From Macrostomum lignano (taxonomy: Eukaryota): a stretch of 64,000 nt of DNA. Positions 35,201 through 46,400 of this stretch are shown here, piece after piece. Both the position numbers and the translations under genes were made by a program. Position 1 is the stretch's first letter. The number at the start of each line of letters is the position of its first letter. The notes under the pieces were generated by a model. The model was not told where the DNA came from, did no database searches, and saw only the letters and a program-made list of their open reading frames with translations. The stretch lies in NCBI GenBank assembly GCA_002269645.1, contig NIVC01000330.1:124001-188000 (forward strand), read 5' to 3'.

Positions 35201-36891
35201 GACATGGCGAACTTATGCTGGATTCCTAATAGGACTAAATTCATTAGGCGTTGGAAGGTTCCGGGGGCATTGGAAAGTCCTTGGGCCATCACTTGGTATT
35301 CAAATTGGCCTCTAGTTAGGGTGGAGAAGGCGGTTCGATGCTTGTCTTCTTCTTTGATGGGGACTTGCCAGTATCCTGAGTTTAAATCAAGGCTGCTAAA
35401 GTATTGGCTACCAGTCAGGTGGGAGAAGGTCTCTTGGATATTGGGGAGGGGGTAGGGGTAATAATTAACTCTTGAGTTGAGTACGCGGAAATCGCTCACG
35501 ATTCTAATAGAACCATCTTTCTTGGGGACAATTACTAGGGGGGTGGAGTAGGTTGAATAGCAGGGTCTAATTAAGTTTTTGGCTAACATATCGTCTAATT
35601 GGGCGTCAACTTGCTTTTGCAAGTGTGGGGGGATGCGTCTAGCTGGGATTCTAACTGGGGTAGGGTCCTTGATAGAAATTTCGTGGGTTACTAAGTGTGT
35701 CAGGCCCATGTCTAATTCATTCTGGGAAAAGGCTTCACGGTTTTCTTTCATAAGATCAATGACTGCTTTTCGCTGTTCATCTGACAGTTCGGGGCCAAGG
35801 CTCACTTCATTAATCCAGGAATCTTCAGTACATTGAGTCTGGTTGACTTTCACAGGGGGTTGGGGGTTGGGAGTTGGGGTTTGCCAATAGGTTAGATCTT
35901 TAGCTTTCATGGGTCTGGCTAAGCCAATTAGGGAAGTTTTAGTTAGATTCACATCTACTGGGTGGCGGTTAATAATTTCGACAATTCCTTTGCCTTCTTT
36001 CATAGTTACTAGGGTTGGAACCATTTCTAATGAGAAATCACGGGTTCGGACAGTATCGCCAATGGCTTCAATGGTCATGGGAGTGCCATAATTCGATTCA
36101 CAATTCTTGGCTAATTTCACGGGTATTCGGAGGGTACTATTAGCTGGGATGATTACTCTTTCTTGAGTATAAACTCGACAAACTTTCACGGGTAGGCGGG
36201 TATACTGCATGGGTATACAGGTACCTTCATTAAGCACTAGCATTCCTTTGGCTAGCTGAATGCTTTCACATTGGGACAGGAAAAATTCCATTCCTAAGAT
36301 ATTATCGCAGTCATGTCGGCATAGGAGGAAATCAACTTCGATTTGGATATCGCCAAACTTCACTTGGGCGGATACTTCTCCTTCTAATTGGACTGGGGTA
36401 CCGTCAAATGTACTAATGCTTTTGCTAGTGTCTCGGATTTGATCGGCACGGAATAGCTTAGACCAGGTTGAGCGGCTCAGGAAATTATTTCTGGCGCCTG
36501 TGTCTAGCAAGAAATCAATCGATTCTTTCTGGATATCGCCGACAATTACAGCTTCATAACCTTCTAGCTTGGTCAGGTCGATTCGGGATGGGGAATTGGG
36601 TTTTGGCTTTTGTCGCTTCTTTGAGCGGGTTCCAGCACTGAATAAAGCATTATTGGTTTTAATCGCATGGGATACATGGGGTGCAAGCGCAGTGGGTACA
36701 TGGGGTGCGGACGCGTGATGAGCAGAAATCGCATTGGTTACATGGGAAGCAGTCGCGTGAGCTGTAGTCGCATGGGGGTCATTGTACACATGGGGGTCAG
36801 GGGGGGCATTTGGCATGGCATCGTCGATTTCGTCAAAGGCAAGAAGTGAAAAATTATTGGGGGAGACAGATATCGCATTATTCACAGGCAT
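32206..36891 (-). CDS. pol: Gypsy Pol polyprotein (protease, RT, RNase H, integrase); frame is open upstream to 37068
   Basis: LLDTGA protease; DFRVLN, LDLNSGYWQ, YIDD RT; DTDAS..ELLA..TDHKA RNase H; HHCC-like H..GH..C..C, HIDIIGP, HTDNG, NGLVERFN integrase. Confidence 0.97.
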   Translation of the reverse strand: MPVNNAISVSPNNFSLLAFDEIDDAMPNAPPDPHVYNDPHATTAHATASHVTNAISAHHASAPHVPTALAPHVSHAIKTNNALFSAGTRSKKRQKPKPNSPSRIDLTKLEGYEAVIVGDIQKESIDFLLDTGARNNFLSRSTWSKLFRADQIRDTSKSISTFDGTPVQLEGEVSAQVKFGDIQIEVDFLLCRHDCDNILGMEFFLSQCESIQLAKGMLVLNEGTCIPMQYTRLPVKVCRVYTQERVIIPANSTLRIPVKLAKNCESNYGTPMTIEAIGDTVRTRDFSLEMVPTLVTMKEGKGIVEIINRHPVDVNLTKTSLIGLARPMKAKDLTYWQTPTPNPQPPVKVNQTQCTEDSWINEVSLGPELSDEQRKAVIDLMKENREAFSQNELDMGLTHLVTHEISIKDPTPVRIPARRIPPHLQKQVDAQLDDMLAKNLIRPCYSTYSTPLVIVPKKDGSIRIVSDFRVLNSRVNYYPYPLPNIQETFSHLTGSQYFSSLDLNSGYWQVPIKEEDKHRTAFSTLTRGQFEYQVMAQGLSNAPGTFQRLMNLVLLGIQHKFAMSYIDDIIAYSQNFADHLDHLREVFKRLIAAGLKLRPKKCNLFHHELKYLGHVIGRQGIQTDKTKIEAIQTWPRPKDVKELRSFLGLCNYYCRFVKNYAEVAHPLFQLTRKGVQNFQSKWSKVHDEAFESLKQRMMSTEVLAYPEYVEDENVKMVLDTDASDDRIGACLGQIQSDGIERPIAYFSRAMKESEKRYPITRKELLALVDAMRHFRFYLIGKKFLARTDHKAIIWLMRQTEATGILGRWIERLNEFRFDIEHRSGAKHSNADGLSRRPAEIAEAPEVSPEVAPELAETAPEVSEVPDAATEPAKAILETPEASEVIPENPEPIPEKIEKLTPVPLRDESAPAETKDNPMSQSPEALTESETQPECPKSRTKLIVSGREVDEGEEETGKCEKLLTDYLPSPLKKEQIEEAQAADPIIRTLLEAKSQKLSQFPKSPDVPEKISKHYALMEIDNELLTITEDGKIKVVLPPSLDKAVFTDLHCSPLAGHLGRDKTLQRIRERFWRPGLSTSVEQLIAECIPCLESKKGHFVQAPVQSFPIGEAFSRLHIDIIGPISKESKRGHKYVLTVVDSTTRYPFAFPIRNQKSDTVIKILLERIVAEYGQPTWIHTDNGKTFASKQFKAFCELYNIRHTFTTPYHAQSNGLVERFNKQIKSIITCLINKDHGDWDLLIPAALVAVRTSPNVTTGFSPHFLLFGREATLPVDTQIRSAAEHTDYPAYISKHAERLEEASRIVKKKLEKVVEKRQTAAETNKLPLRVPIGCLALINNPQLDTEESHKFHRKKRSAFRVIAQISEVVFKVQKEDGKLTGKEMLVHRDNLTPVPNSTTELFTKESQESAPAYVSAPNPAPIPISAPTSAPTPASTEPKRQLPIKESHPRRKIPELNQSNPIESEESSDEEEINWRCQLREENNEGEIAEEWSEAQTENEETNESENEALNEEDPQPLPPSPVPRNPEPTHTHPYNLRRPTQAKQRCDCHLKRLLKALNLLRNLEF

Positions 36892-37123
36892 TGGCTGTAC
36901 ATGGGAGTTTTTGCGGGGATAACGGAAACCGTACTGGGGAGGTTGCCGGTATTTTGGTTGGGGGGCATTTTCGAATGATGGGGAGGCCGGAGAGTAAGCA
37001 GAATTTTGGCCTGAGGGGCGTGGCCTCTTAACTCGACCCTGGCTTCTCAGTTTCCCGACTTCTGGGAGTCACGGGGGTTACGGAACTTCAGCGGCTCATA
37101 TCTGGGATTGGGGGGGCTGACGC

Positions 37124-38014
37124 TCATTCCTTTTTGGGGGGTTCACGCCTTGGCGGCTGGTTCATCAGCTGAGGCCTGTACTGCTGCTGAGGTTGCGGTC
37201 TGTACTGCTGCTGGGGTGGCTGTCTATACTGCTGAGGAGGTGGCTGCCTATACTGTTGCTGGGGGAACACCTGAGATGGCGGGGCGCATTGCGCTGTTTC
37301 AGCCAGTTGCTTCTGCAGGTTCTGAATAAGCCTTTCTTGGCGGTCAATCTTAGTCTGCTGGTCAATGATCAACTGATCGGTTCTGACCTTGTGCTCCTCT
37401 TTCTCATCCTTGGTTACTCTAATTCCTCCTTTGTGGGACATCTGGTAAGCAGCTTCAATTCTGCGCAGCATTCTGCGGGTGGCTTGGAGACTAGCAGGTT
37501 GGGCAAATATTAGCTTTTCACGGGTGTCGGGAGGGGTTCTCACACCTTTAATGAACTGTTCGACAAGTTCTTCCTCTCTTTGCTCAGCATCCATGTTCAG
37601 GAATGCGCGGGAGGCTAATTCAATCAGGGCATCGGCAAAGCTGTCAGTGGATTCGTTTCTGCCTTGGCAGCGATTCCTAAACTCTTCGCGAAATTCGGCG
37701 GAACTACCTACTTTTCCAAATCTTTCGATTAGTCTTTCTTTGAACTCTTCATAGGGGAGATTAGCTGGGAGGTTGAGGCGTTGAACTGCTGCAAACGCAG
37801 TACTCAGGTCTAGATTGGTAAGCAGTTCCTGCTTCCGGTTTTCTTCTTCTATACCTTCATTTTCACATCTCTGGTCAAATGCAGTGAGCCAGATTCTGAT
37901 GTCTTGGCTGGGAAGGTACTTCTGGATCTTCACATGTCTGAGGGGACCTAATTCTAAGCGGTTGCGGAGCTCTTCAGCTAAGAGTCCTAGGGCTTCGTTA
38001 ATTCCTGCGGCCAT
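37124..38014 (-). CDS. gag: Gypsy Gag (capsid-like region, coiled coil, QQYRP repeats, no CCHC knuckle)
   Basis: Begins just after the PBS; retrotransposon gag-like motifs (WLTAFDQRC, FRNRCQ..NES..SFA..L..LA..AF, QFIKGV). Confidence 0.88.
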   Translation of the reverse strand: MAAGINEALGLLAEELRNRLELGPLRHVKIQKYLPSQDIRIWLTAFDQRCENEGIEEENRKQELLTNLDLSTAFAAVQRLNLPANLPYEEFKERLIERFGKVGSSAEFREEFRNRCQGRNESTDSFADALIELASRAFLNMDAEQREEELVEQFIKGVRTPPDTREKLIFAQPASLQATRRMLRRIEAAYQMSHKGGIRVTKDEKEEHKVRTDQLIIDQQTKIDRQERLIQNLQKQLAETAQCAPPSQVFPQQQYRQPPPQQYRQPPQQQYRPQPQQQYRPQLMNQPPRREPPKKE

Positions 38015-38077
38015 TATACTTCAGGGATTGGGATGGGAAATTAGGCTGGGGTTTGAGTGCGCGTTTCTCCAGATTCT

Positions 38078-38096
38078 AATCCCACCGCTGCCACCA
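38078..38096 (-). promoter_or_regulatory. Primer binding site complementary to tRNA-Leu 3' end
   Basis: + strand AATCCCACCGCTGCCACCA matches the recalled 3' end of metazoan tRNA-Leu(AAG/TAG) plus CCA; 4 nt from the 5' LTR. Confidence 0.85.
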
Positions 38097-38100
38097 AATT

Positions 38101-39205
38101 TGTTGTAGGGCTGTTTATTATTAAGAAAATCCCACCGCTGTTACCAATTTTGTTGTAGGGTTCCGTCTCTCTGTTTAAAATTCTCACTGCTGCAACCTGT
38201 TACAGGGGTCTTGGGGGAGGGAAATTATTCTATGCTGACACCAAATCTGTTATGGGGAATTAATGGGATTCTTGGAATTTCTGAAGGGTATACTAGTTTT
38301 ATTACTAATAGGAGTAAGCCAATGGTTGCTCCTGGTGGCGTGAGTGTCCGAGCGGCAAGACACTGTCTAAAGGTTAAACTGTCCGAAGGAGGGCTACACG
38401 GCGGATCAGAGTTGCCTGGGGAATTATCGCACGATGGGAATTTCTAATAGCTAGTAGGGAATGATTTCATGGGGAAGAGTTCACTTAATGGAATCGCTAA
38501 AAAGGGAAGGGGCTAAGATTTCTGATAGTTAAACTTCCAAGTAGGGGAAGGAATACCGGATCAGTCGGAAGTTAGAATTCGGCCAAATAACTGAGCAACA
38601 GTAGGTCTGGATAGGGAGTTGGCGGAACTCCAGGTCGAATTCTGGGGTCTGGGGGCTAGGGAAAGAGAGAGACGAAGCTTTTGTTCACTGGGGAAGGGGG
38701 GGTGAGGTAATTACTGCGCGTGTCTGCGGGGTTGAAGGGGGAAAGGCTGTACGCTCGTTCTGCTGGGGGAGGGAGAGAGGGCGGAGACTGCACGTCTCTA
38801 AATGAACAAGGCTGACTCAGTGGCTATTTTTAGAACAAACTGTTCACTCGGCACTAGGCCTGAATAGCGAGTAGCGCAAGTTGGTCTTCAACTAAGTTTT
38901 CACGCATGTATTTATAGTGGCATTGCTAAAAATGGCTGACAGATTCAAACAAAATACTTCTATTACAAAATTCTTATTAAAGATATACGCTAAAGCTACT
39001 AATTTTATAGAAAAATAAACATTTATTATACGTATTATTACTGAAGATAGTAGCATCGGTATTTTACTCGTAAAAAGGCGGTAAGTAACATTCTATTTTA
39101 TGCTCGAGACGATAAGGCAAAAGTTAAGATTTCAAGTAAGGCTAATTGGAGAACAAAAACTAATAAAAACACTAAGTATTCATACAGTACTAATAGCCTG
39201 TTACA
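38101..39205 (-). repeat. 5' LTR (1105 bp)
   Basis: Starts TGTAACAGG on the minus strand and ends CCCTACAACA next to the PBS. Confidence 0.95.
38909..38916 (-). promoter_or_regulatory. Putative LTR TATA box (TATAAATA); equivalent copy at 30343-30350
   Basis: About 290 nt into the LTR on the sense strand; positional inference only. Confidence 0.45.
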
Positions 39206-40159
39206 CGAGTACTCGATCGGTTCCTCAAAACGGATTCAGCTAGTACTTTATCCAATAAAATAAACCAGGGAGTATCTGATCGTTGTCAGGAAAGTGGCAA
39301 TTTTTAGAAGGCATGCAAGATGACAGACGGAAACAAGCTGTCATGTTTCATTTTCCTCAAACTTTTTTGCTCATTTTTGTCTGAATCCGATATTATCCGG
39401 TTCCCATAAAGCGTTAGCAGCTCTCTCAAGTACCCAGAGCACCTCATACGAGCGTACAAGGATGAAAATACTGACTTTTTCATTTCTACGCGTAGTAGTT
39501 GAAAATATCCTGGCCTGTGAGACGCACGCAATAAATCGCTAGGTCAAACCTCTGCTTAATTGGTCGATCGCGCAACCCTGCCCCCCGCAATAGCACAAAC
39601 TCTATAGCCTGATCCTGTTGCCAGCCAGAAATGCACCGCAGGCAGAAGCAGAGCTCAGAGAATTGCATAGAACATTAGAACGCTCGCCAAACAACCGCAA
39701 CTTGCTTGCGAATGGGATCAACCTCTGCCCGCGCCTCGAGGAAGAAAGGATTAAAGAAGAAACGTGCCTGCTTAAAGAGAGAAAGACGATTGGGAGTGGG
39801 AAAAATCTATTGTACGCAACGAAACTGACCGGGCCACCACTCTACTCCAAAGTGCCGAGCAAAATTCAGTCCTAAGTACTGCAGACCAACTGTATGGAGG
39901 TTGGCTAGGGGCACAACAGCCAATGGTGGGGCGGCCAGTTGTCCAGATCGCTTTTGGATAGACGAATTGGGAAGAATGAAGAGAGATCGAAGGGTAGTAA
40001 GTTTTGACGCAAAAAGGGCGGGGCCTGCTGGGTGAGTCCCATGCGGTAGTAATCGACAAAGAGGGGTATCGACGGCTCCAGCTAGACAATAACGCGGCCA
40101 GAAAAAGGTCATAGATAGGTATAGACCAGGTTTTTCATAGACAAGGCGTCACGTATTGA

Positions 40160-43100
40160 ATGTCGTCGTTAAATGCCACGGCAACGACCGCCCTGTGCGT
40201 GGCCAATCGCAGATGGTACGTGTACCTCTCGTCCAGCGGCATCGCTCTCGCTAGCGGTGTGACTTTGGTGCTGCTATACCGCCTAGCCGAGTACCTGTTC
40301 GTGCGATATGACTCTTATCAGCGCTCCCGCCGCGTCAAAAGCGACACTGAAAACTCAAGTAATGCCAACGCCAACGCTCCCGGCGAGCAAACATCCGAGG
40401 ATGAGGGCCCGAAACTAAGCTGGACGACTGAAGCCAAGGACTGGGCTGGGGAGCTGATTTCTGGCCAGACAGCCACCGGGCGTATCCTTGTTGTCCTGGT
40501 CTTCCTAGTCAGCATCGCATCGCTCGTCGTGTACATAGCGGACACAGTGCGAATGGTGGAAACTGAGGAGTGCGTTTCCTGGCCAGAGAACGTTAGCCAT
40601 CAAGTCGATTTAGCTTTTAACATTGTGTTTCTATTGTACTTTTTTATCAGGTTCATAGCTGCGCATGACAAGCTGTGGTTCTGGTTCGAACTTTACAGTC
40701 TGGTGGACATCTTTACTATACCACCCAGTTTCGTGGCCATTTACATGAATCGAACTTGGATCGGACTACGATTTACCCGGGCCTTGCGGATCCTCAGCTT
40801 ACCGGATGTTCTTCAGTATCTGAATGTGCTGCGCACAAGCACCAGTATCCGCCTGTTTCAACTCATCACATTTTTTGCCTCGTTGGTTCTTACAGCTGCT
40901 GGTTTCATTCATCTAGCCGAGAATTCGGGTGATCCTCCATCGTTCACCAACCGAAACCGTAACTTTGACATGAACTATTTTACCTGCATCTACTTTGTGA
41001 TAGTAACCATAGCCACAGTGGGCTACGGAGACGTTTTTTGTACGACCACAACGGGTCGGATATTCTCAGCGCTGGTGATCATGGGAGGTCTGGCCGTGTT
41101 TGCTAACTCCATCCCGGAGATCGCAGACATTCTCAGCTCGCGCAACAAATACGGCGGCCACTTCCACAAGGAAGCTGGTAAGCAGCATATCGTCCTGTGC
41201 GGCCACATCACCTACGAATCTGTATCTAACTTCCTCGGCGACTTTCTACATGAAGACCGCGAGGATGTCGACGTTCAGATAGTAATATTGGACAAGCACG
41301 TGCCAGATTTAGAGCTTCAAGGTTTACTAAAGCGACACTTCACTCAAGTCGATTTCTTCCAGGGCTCCGTCATGAACGCGCGCGACCTGGGCCGTGTAGA
41401 TCTGCCCACAGCTGACGCATGCCTGGTGCTTGCCAACCGCTACTGCCCCGACCCGGACGCCGAGGACGCCGCCAATATAATGCGAGTCATCTCCATCAAA
41501 AACTTTTGCGACCACATCAAGGTGATTATCCAGCTGATGCAGTACCATAACAAGACCTATTTGTTAAACATCCCCAGTTGGGATTGGAAACAGGGCGATG
41601 ATGCTGTCTGCGTAGCTGAACTGAAACTGGGCTTCATAGCGCAGAGTTGCCTGGCTTTCGGTTTCTCCACCCTACTGGCAAACCTTTTCACAATGCGGAG
41701 CTACCGTGAGGGCAAGGAGATGCCAGTGTGGCTCAACAACTACCTAGAGGGCGCCGGAGCCGAGATGTATACCGAGTTCCTGTCGCCAGCTTTTGAGGGA
41801 CTAACTTTTCCAGCAGCTGCTGAGCTCTGCTTCAGCAAGCTCCGTCTGCTGCTTATTGCAGTGGAGGCTAGGAACGACGCAAATAGCTCTGAAAGCTGCA
41901 TCGCTATCAATCCAAAAGAAAACGTTGTCGTGCAAAAAGGCACGCAAGGATTTTTCGTGGCACAGTCGGCTGAAGAGGTAAAGAAGGCCTACTTCTACTG
42001 CAAACGCTGCCACGGTGACGTAGACGATGCCAAGCTGATCAGAAAGTGCCGCTGTCGATCTGTCGCCGAGAAGCCACCTTCAAAGATGATTTTCCGCAAT
42101 CGCCACGCGAATGCCAAATTCCCGAAGACTGTTGAGCAGCAGAATTCAGCTCGAAACGGTAGCGCCGGCGTCGCTGATGGAACTCCAGTGGGCGAGGCTA
42201 CGGAACTACGACAGCTCAGGGGAGGTAGGAAACAGTCGATGATTGTGAGCGCACAAGAAGCCAAGCTGCTGGACCAGGTAGAGAGAAAATTTGACTCAAC
42301 TGGCATGTTTCACTGGTGTCCAGATGTTAGTTTCGAGGAAGCATTGCTCGATCGGGAGCAGATGTCACTGACTGTTTTCAGTAATCATATTGTTGTTTGC
42401 CTATTCGCCGATGCATCTAGCCCATTAATTGGCTTGCGCAGTTTTGTCATGCCACTCAGGGCCAGCAATTTTCATTACGGCGAATTGCGTCACGTGATCT
42501 TCGTTGGCAATACCGACTACATGCGCCGCGAGTGGAAGACGCTGATGAATTTTCCCAAGCTGAGTGTGTTTCCCGGATCCCCCTTGAACCGGTCCAATCT
42601 TCGCGCCGTGAACATTAACCTGGCCCAAATGTGCGTAGTTCTCAGTTCAAAGCAGAACTCGGGCGGAGACGATGCAACTCTAGTTGATAAGGAGGCCATT
42701 CTCTGCTCCTTGAACATCAAAGCGATGACCTTCGATACGCCGCCAGAGAGTCGGCGTCGAGCAAACAATGTTCGCGTCCTGACCGAGCTGGCCGTGGACG
42801 GCAACGTTCAGTTTCTCGACCAGGATGATGACGACGATCCAGACACGGCGCTGTACATGACACAGCCCTTCGCTTGTGGCACCTCCTTTGCTGTCAGCGT
42901 GCTTGACTCGCTGATGAGCACTGCCTACTTCAATGAAAACGCCCTAACACTTATCCGTACGCTGGTCACGGGCGGCGCCACTCCGGAGTTGGAGCAGATC
43001 TTGGCGGAGGGCGCCGGCATACGGGGCGGCTTCAGCAGTCCGGAGACGCTACGCAACCGAGACCGGACTCGGGTCACTCAGCTGCCACTTGCAGACGACC

Positions 43101-43405
43101 GGCTGCGCGAATTGAGTCAGCCGGGCAGTACGTATTCGGACCTGTTCCTGGGCGCCCTGCGGCGCCACGGCATCCTCTGCATCGGCCTCTACAGGTTCCT
43201 AGCGGCCGAGCACGAAGCGACCGACAGTGAACAGCAGGCGACGCCACCGGCGCCTTACAAGCGATACGTCATCACCAATCCGCCGGCAACTTTCCCATCC
43301 TGCCCACCGATCACGTGTTCTGCCTGCAGCGGTTCTCCGCCACAGAGTCGAATCCGGCTTGAGGGACAGAGAGACCCTGGCTGTCCTGACTATTATCGAT
43401 TTTGA
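40160..43405 (+). CDS. KCNMA1: Slo1/BK large-conductance Ca2+-activated K+ channel alpha subunit, single uninterrupted ORF; conserved C-terminus continues in another frame to 43362
   Basis: S0-S6 helices, S4 GLRFTRALR, pore TVGYGD, RCK1 [14 protein letters not shown] heme motif, Ca2+ bowl [21 protein letters not shown]. Confidence 0.95.
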   Translation: MSSLNATATTALCVANRRWYVYLSSSGIALASGVTLVLLYRLAEYLFVRYDSYQRSRRVKSDTENSSNANANAPGEQTSEDEGPKLSWTTEAKDWAGELISGQTATGRILVVLVFLVSIASLVVYIADTVRMVETEECVSWPENVSHQVDLAFNIVFLLYFFIRFIAAHDKLWFWFELYSLVDIFTIPPSFVAIYMNRTWIGLRFTRALRILSLPDVLQYLNVLRTSTSIRLFQLITFFASLVLTAAGFIHLAENSGDPPSFTNRNRNFDMNYFTCIYFVIVTIATVGYGDVFCTTTTGRIFSALVIMGGLAVFANSIPEIADILSSRNKYGGHFHKEAGKQHIVLCGHITYESVSNFLGDFLHEDREDVDVQIVILDKHVPDLELQGLLKRHFTQVDFFQGSVMNARDLGRVDLPTADACLVLANRYCPDPDAEDAANIMRVISIKNFCDHIKVIIQLMQYHNKTYLLNIPSWDWKQGDDAVCVAELKLGFIAQSCLAFGFSTLLANLFTMRSYREGKEMPVWLNNYLEGAGAEMYTEFLSPAFEGLTFPAAAELCFSKLRLLLIAVEARNDANSSESCIAINPKENVVVQKGTQGFFVAQSAEEVKKAYFYCKRCHGDVDDAKLIRKCRCRSVAEKPPSKMIFRNRHANAKFPKTVEQQNSARNGSAGVADGTPVGEATELRQLRGGRKQSMIVSAQEAKLLDQVERKFDSTGMFHWCPDVSFEEALLDREQMSLTVFSNHIVVCLFADASSPLIGLRSFVMPLRASNFHYGELRHVIFVGNTDYMRREWKTLMNFPKLSVFPGSPLNRSNLRAVNINLAQMCVVLSSKQNSGGDDATLVDKEAILCSLNIKAMTFDTPPESRRRANNVRVLTELAVDGNVQFLDQDDDDDPDTALYMTQPFACGTSFAVSVLDSLMSTAYFNENALTLIRTLVTGGATPELEQILAEGAGIRGGFSSPETLRNRDRTRVTQLPLADDRLRELSQPGSTYSDLFLGALRRHGILCIGLYRFLAAEHEATDSEQQATPPAPYKRYVITNPPATFPSCPPITCSACSGSPPQSRIRLEGQRDPGCPDYYRF

Positions 43406-46400
43406 CGATCTTACTGAGACATTGGAGACTTAATATGATCCTCACGCAAAGCAAACACATACAGTCAATAGTAAGCACAGTGTTTGTGGCTGGGATGGTT
43501 TTGATACAAATGATCAAACTTCGAAAAAGATGTTCGATAAGACACACGAAGAGAGCAACTAAGGGCTTTGTTTGCTCTACAATTTTTTTGGAGACCCATG
43601 CACTGCTTGGCACGAAAAGCATATACGGTAGAGCCTCAGTTCAATCGTCAAAAGCGATGTCTGCACAATAACCCTGTCGTTGTTTTTCTTGTTGATTTCA
43701 TTTTTTAATTTAATCAATAAATTTCATCTGACAATGATACGTGTATTGGTGCTTTGAAAATTTCTTAATTAGAGGTTTATTGCTTTAGACAGTTGTAGGA
43801 TATTCAGCACCCGTCCATCTGTAAATACGAGATATTATTGAGCACCCTTAATGGTTAATGTATAATACTAAATACCCAATCTAAATCTGTCATGTCGAAA
43901 GAGCTATTTTCAAATCAAAAATGCTCAATAGTCTACTCCTTTATCCATTGATATAACATGTTTAACTGCACCTGTCGCCTTAACCGCGCTCTTTCTTCTC
44001 TGAACAGAATTACGTTGACGCTATTGACTGTAAGTTAAATTAATGCCCCATTCTGACCTGACAATCACAAGCCTAGATACATGGAACATTTGACTTAATT
44101 CTCCTCATCCTTCCTGCATTATTAGCATACAAAATTCCGAGTTGTTATTTAGTCTTACATGACTTTCACTTACAGTAATTTAACAACCGAATTAAAGCCA
44201 GTGCATGTTTGTTGTGTAAATAAATGATACCCGATGCTGGACATTAAAAACAATTCTTTAAAGAATTACAGTGAGAATTATAACGAGCTATTCTGTATAG
44301 AAAAGCAAAAGAAAACTGCATTTTACAATATATGTACCTCCCACTGTTGGTTTATAAAGTGCCTGCATTCGAGCGCCCTTCCGATTCATAAGAGAACTAA
44401 TATGCATGATTCCGACCAGGGAGTAACAGGCCAATGCTGAGCTAAGGCGTTGCAATTACAGTGCTGCCATATATGCTGAGCCTCCACGCCTGAAAGGACG
44501 TACCATATTGATTTGCTTCACGCTCTCAGTATCTGGGTGAGCAGTATGCTCACCCTCCCCTCCCCCCCGAACGTCCTATACTGAGTCAGACCCACTGACT
44601 GGCTGACAAGACAATTTTATTTTCTAAGGCGGACGACTGCAGGCCCGATCGGAACAAAAAATCCAGTATGAAAAGAAACAATAGGAGCAATAGTTTTATA
44701 AGGATCTCTACCTCTCTCTCTCCCGGAGTTCAATTTGGGTAGTTGGGTAAGTGGGTGGCTTCGGAGAGGGAGGGGGGTTCACCCTTTAGTGCGAGCGTGA
44801 ACCGATTTTAGCGCGGATCACGCGACTCTCCGCTGTGTTCAGGAAGCCCGCCAGACCTTCTGCTCTTGTTGTGCACTATTGAACTGCTACTTAGTAGCCA
44901 GTTTGCTGTGCTGCCAGAGAGGGAGAGAGAGAGAGGGTGAGGAAGAGAGAAGGAAGGAGAGCCGGGTGGCGCCCCTGCAGTCGAGCTTGGGGTGGATGAG
45001 TAGTCTAGAGCAAAAAAACACTGGGCAGAAGCACACTTATCTTCCTCGAGAGAAGTCCACTGAGCTGAGGGGGGGGGAGGCGAGCAGATAAACAAGAACT
45101 AATCATAACGGACTGCAATTCTGAGCTATAAAGATAAAAAATTCTCTAGCAAAGATTAAAATACACTCACTCACTTTTTGCATTCGCCCGAAACTTCTTT
45201 TGTTCCACGAGGGCGTATTTTGCTTTCAAAAGAGATTTTCCTGCCTTGCGATTTCATGGTAGACTTTCCCTACAATGAGCGTATTAATATTATTAACAAG
45301 ATCCTACTTGGCTGCTTCTGTTCAATCGATAACGCCATGTCTTGAGGCTGTGCTCAAATAATCAAGCTTCGGTTGTGCAGTAGATCATCGATAATGCATG
45401 GTTTTATCAAGCCTACATGTGTGTCATTCTCAAACTGATTTTTCTAATTTACTCAATATCATTAGTAAATTTTCGGGTGTATTTCTTGTGAGACCCTTTT
45501 CATTCTTGCGAGTAATCAATTGAAAGTCAATGCCTTAAAAGCCTATCGAATAACTTTGTGTTATTCGACATAGAGTTGGGCGTATAGAGACAGCGTTTAA
45601 TGCACCACTGAATCGTGTTACAAATGCATTGCATTTCTGTTTTCTTGTGGCTGTTGCTGTCTCAAAAAATTATTATATCTTTCGGATGGTAGCTCCATAA
45701 AATCTGTTCAGACTACTCACAGTACGAGCTATGTAGCTGGTACCGAGACTTTTTCAAAAAAAACATTCATCCTACATATTGAGGTCTCTTAAATCGCTTG
45801 AAGAGGAAGTTGTTTCAGCTGTTTAAAGTAGACAACAGGTGGGCTCATAAAAGTATTCTATAAGCTTTAGTTTCTCTCCAATAACAGCTGCAGCAACGTT
45901 GAAAGACAAAATGCGCGTATAGTGTGCAGTTCCATAATTTGGAATATCGAGAATGAACCACAGGAACACTTTTTAAACTGCGCACTGGATTCCTTCTTTA
46001 AAGAGCTACAGAGAAGAGAAGTTATAAGCCGGGTGCAAAATTTGGCAATTTGGCGCAGTCACCTGAACAGGCATGATTCGGTTACCATCGCCGCAGCGGT
46101 GCGTCATTGCGGCCGCAGTCTGCACAGCGGCTCTCATCGGTTTGAGCAGCGTAAGAATAATTTGCTAATCTCAAGATATTGTTATGGGGAATGAAAATGA
46201 AATTGCAGAAAGCTCGGGACGTGCGGCTTCTCTTGGTAGCTATACTTCAGATGCGATGTCATCATTTGGATCCTCCAGGTCTGCAGATGGGCTCCAGAGC
46301 AGTAAATGTACTCTTTAATTATAACTTTGCCTAGTCAAACCAAGCACAATCTCAACACTTATCTGTTTCTCACCTGATCAGACCAAAAAATACAATCCAG

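Larger units (their letters stand above)
29536..39205 (-). mobile_element. Full-length, very recent Ty3/Gypsy LTR retrotransposon with three ORFs
   Basis: TG...CA LTRs at both ends, CGAG target-site duplication (29532-29535 / 39206-39209), tRNA-Leu PBS, gag, then pol in PR-RT-RH-IN order, plus ORF3. Confidence 0.97.

Noticed and set aside
39206-40130. Decayed coding sequence continuing across the Gypsy insertion site (and 28670-29535)
   Set aside because: Only short broken frames with no motif I could recognise.
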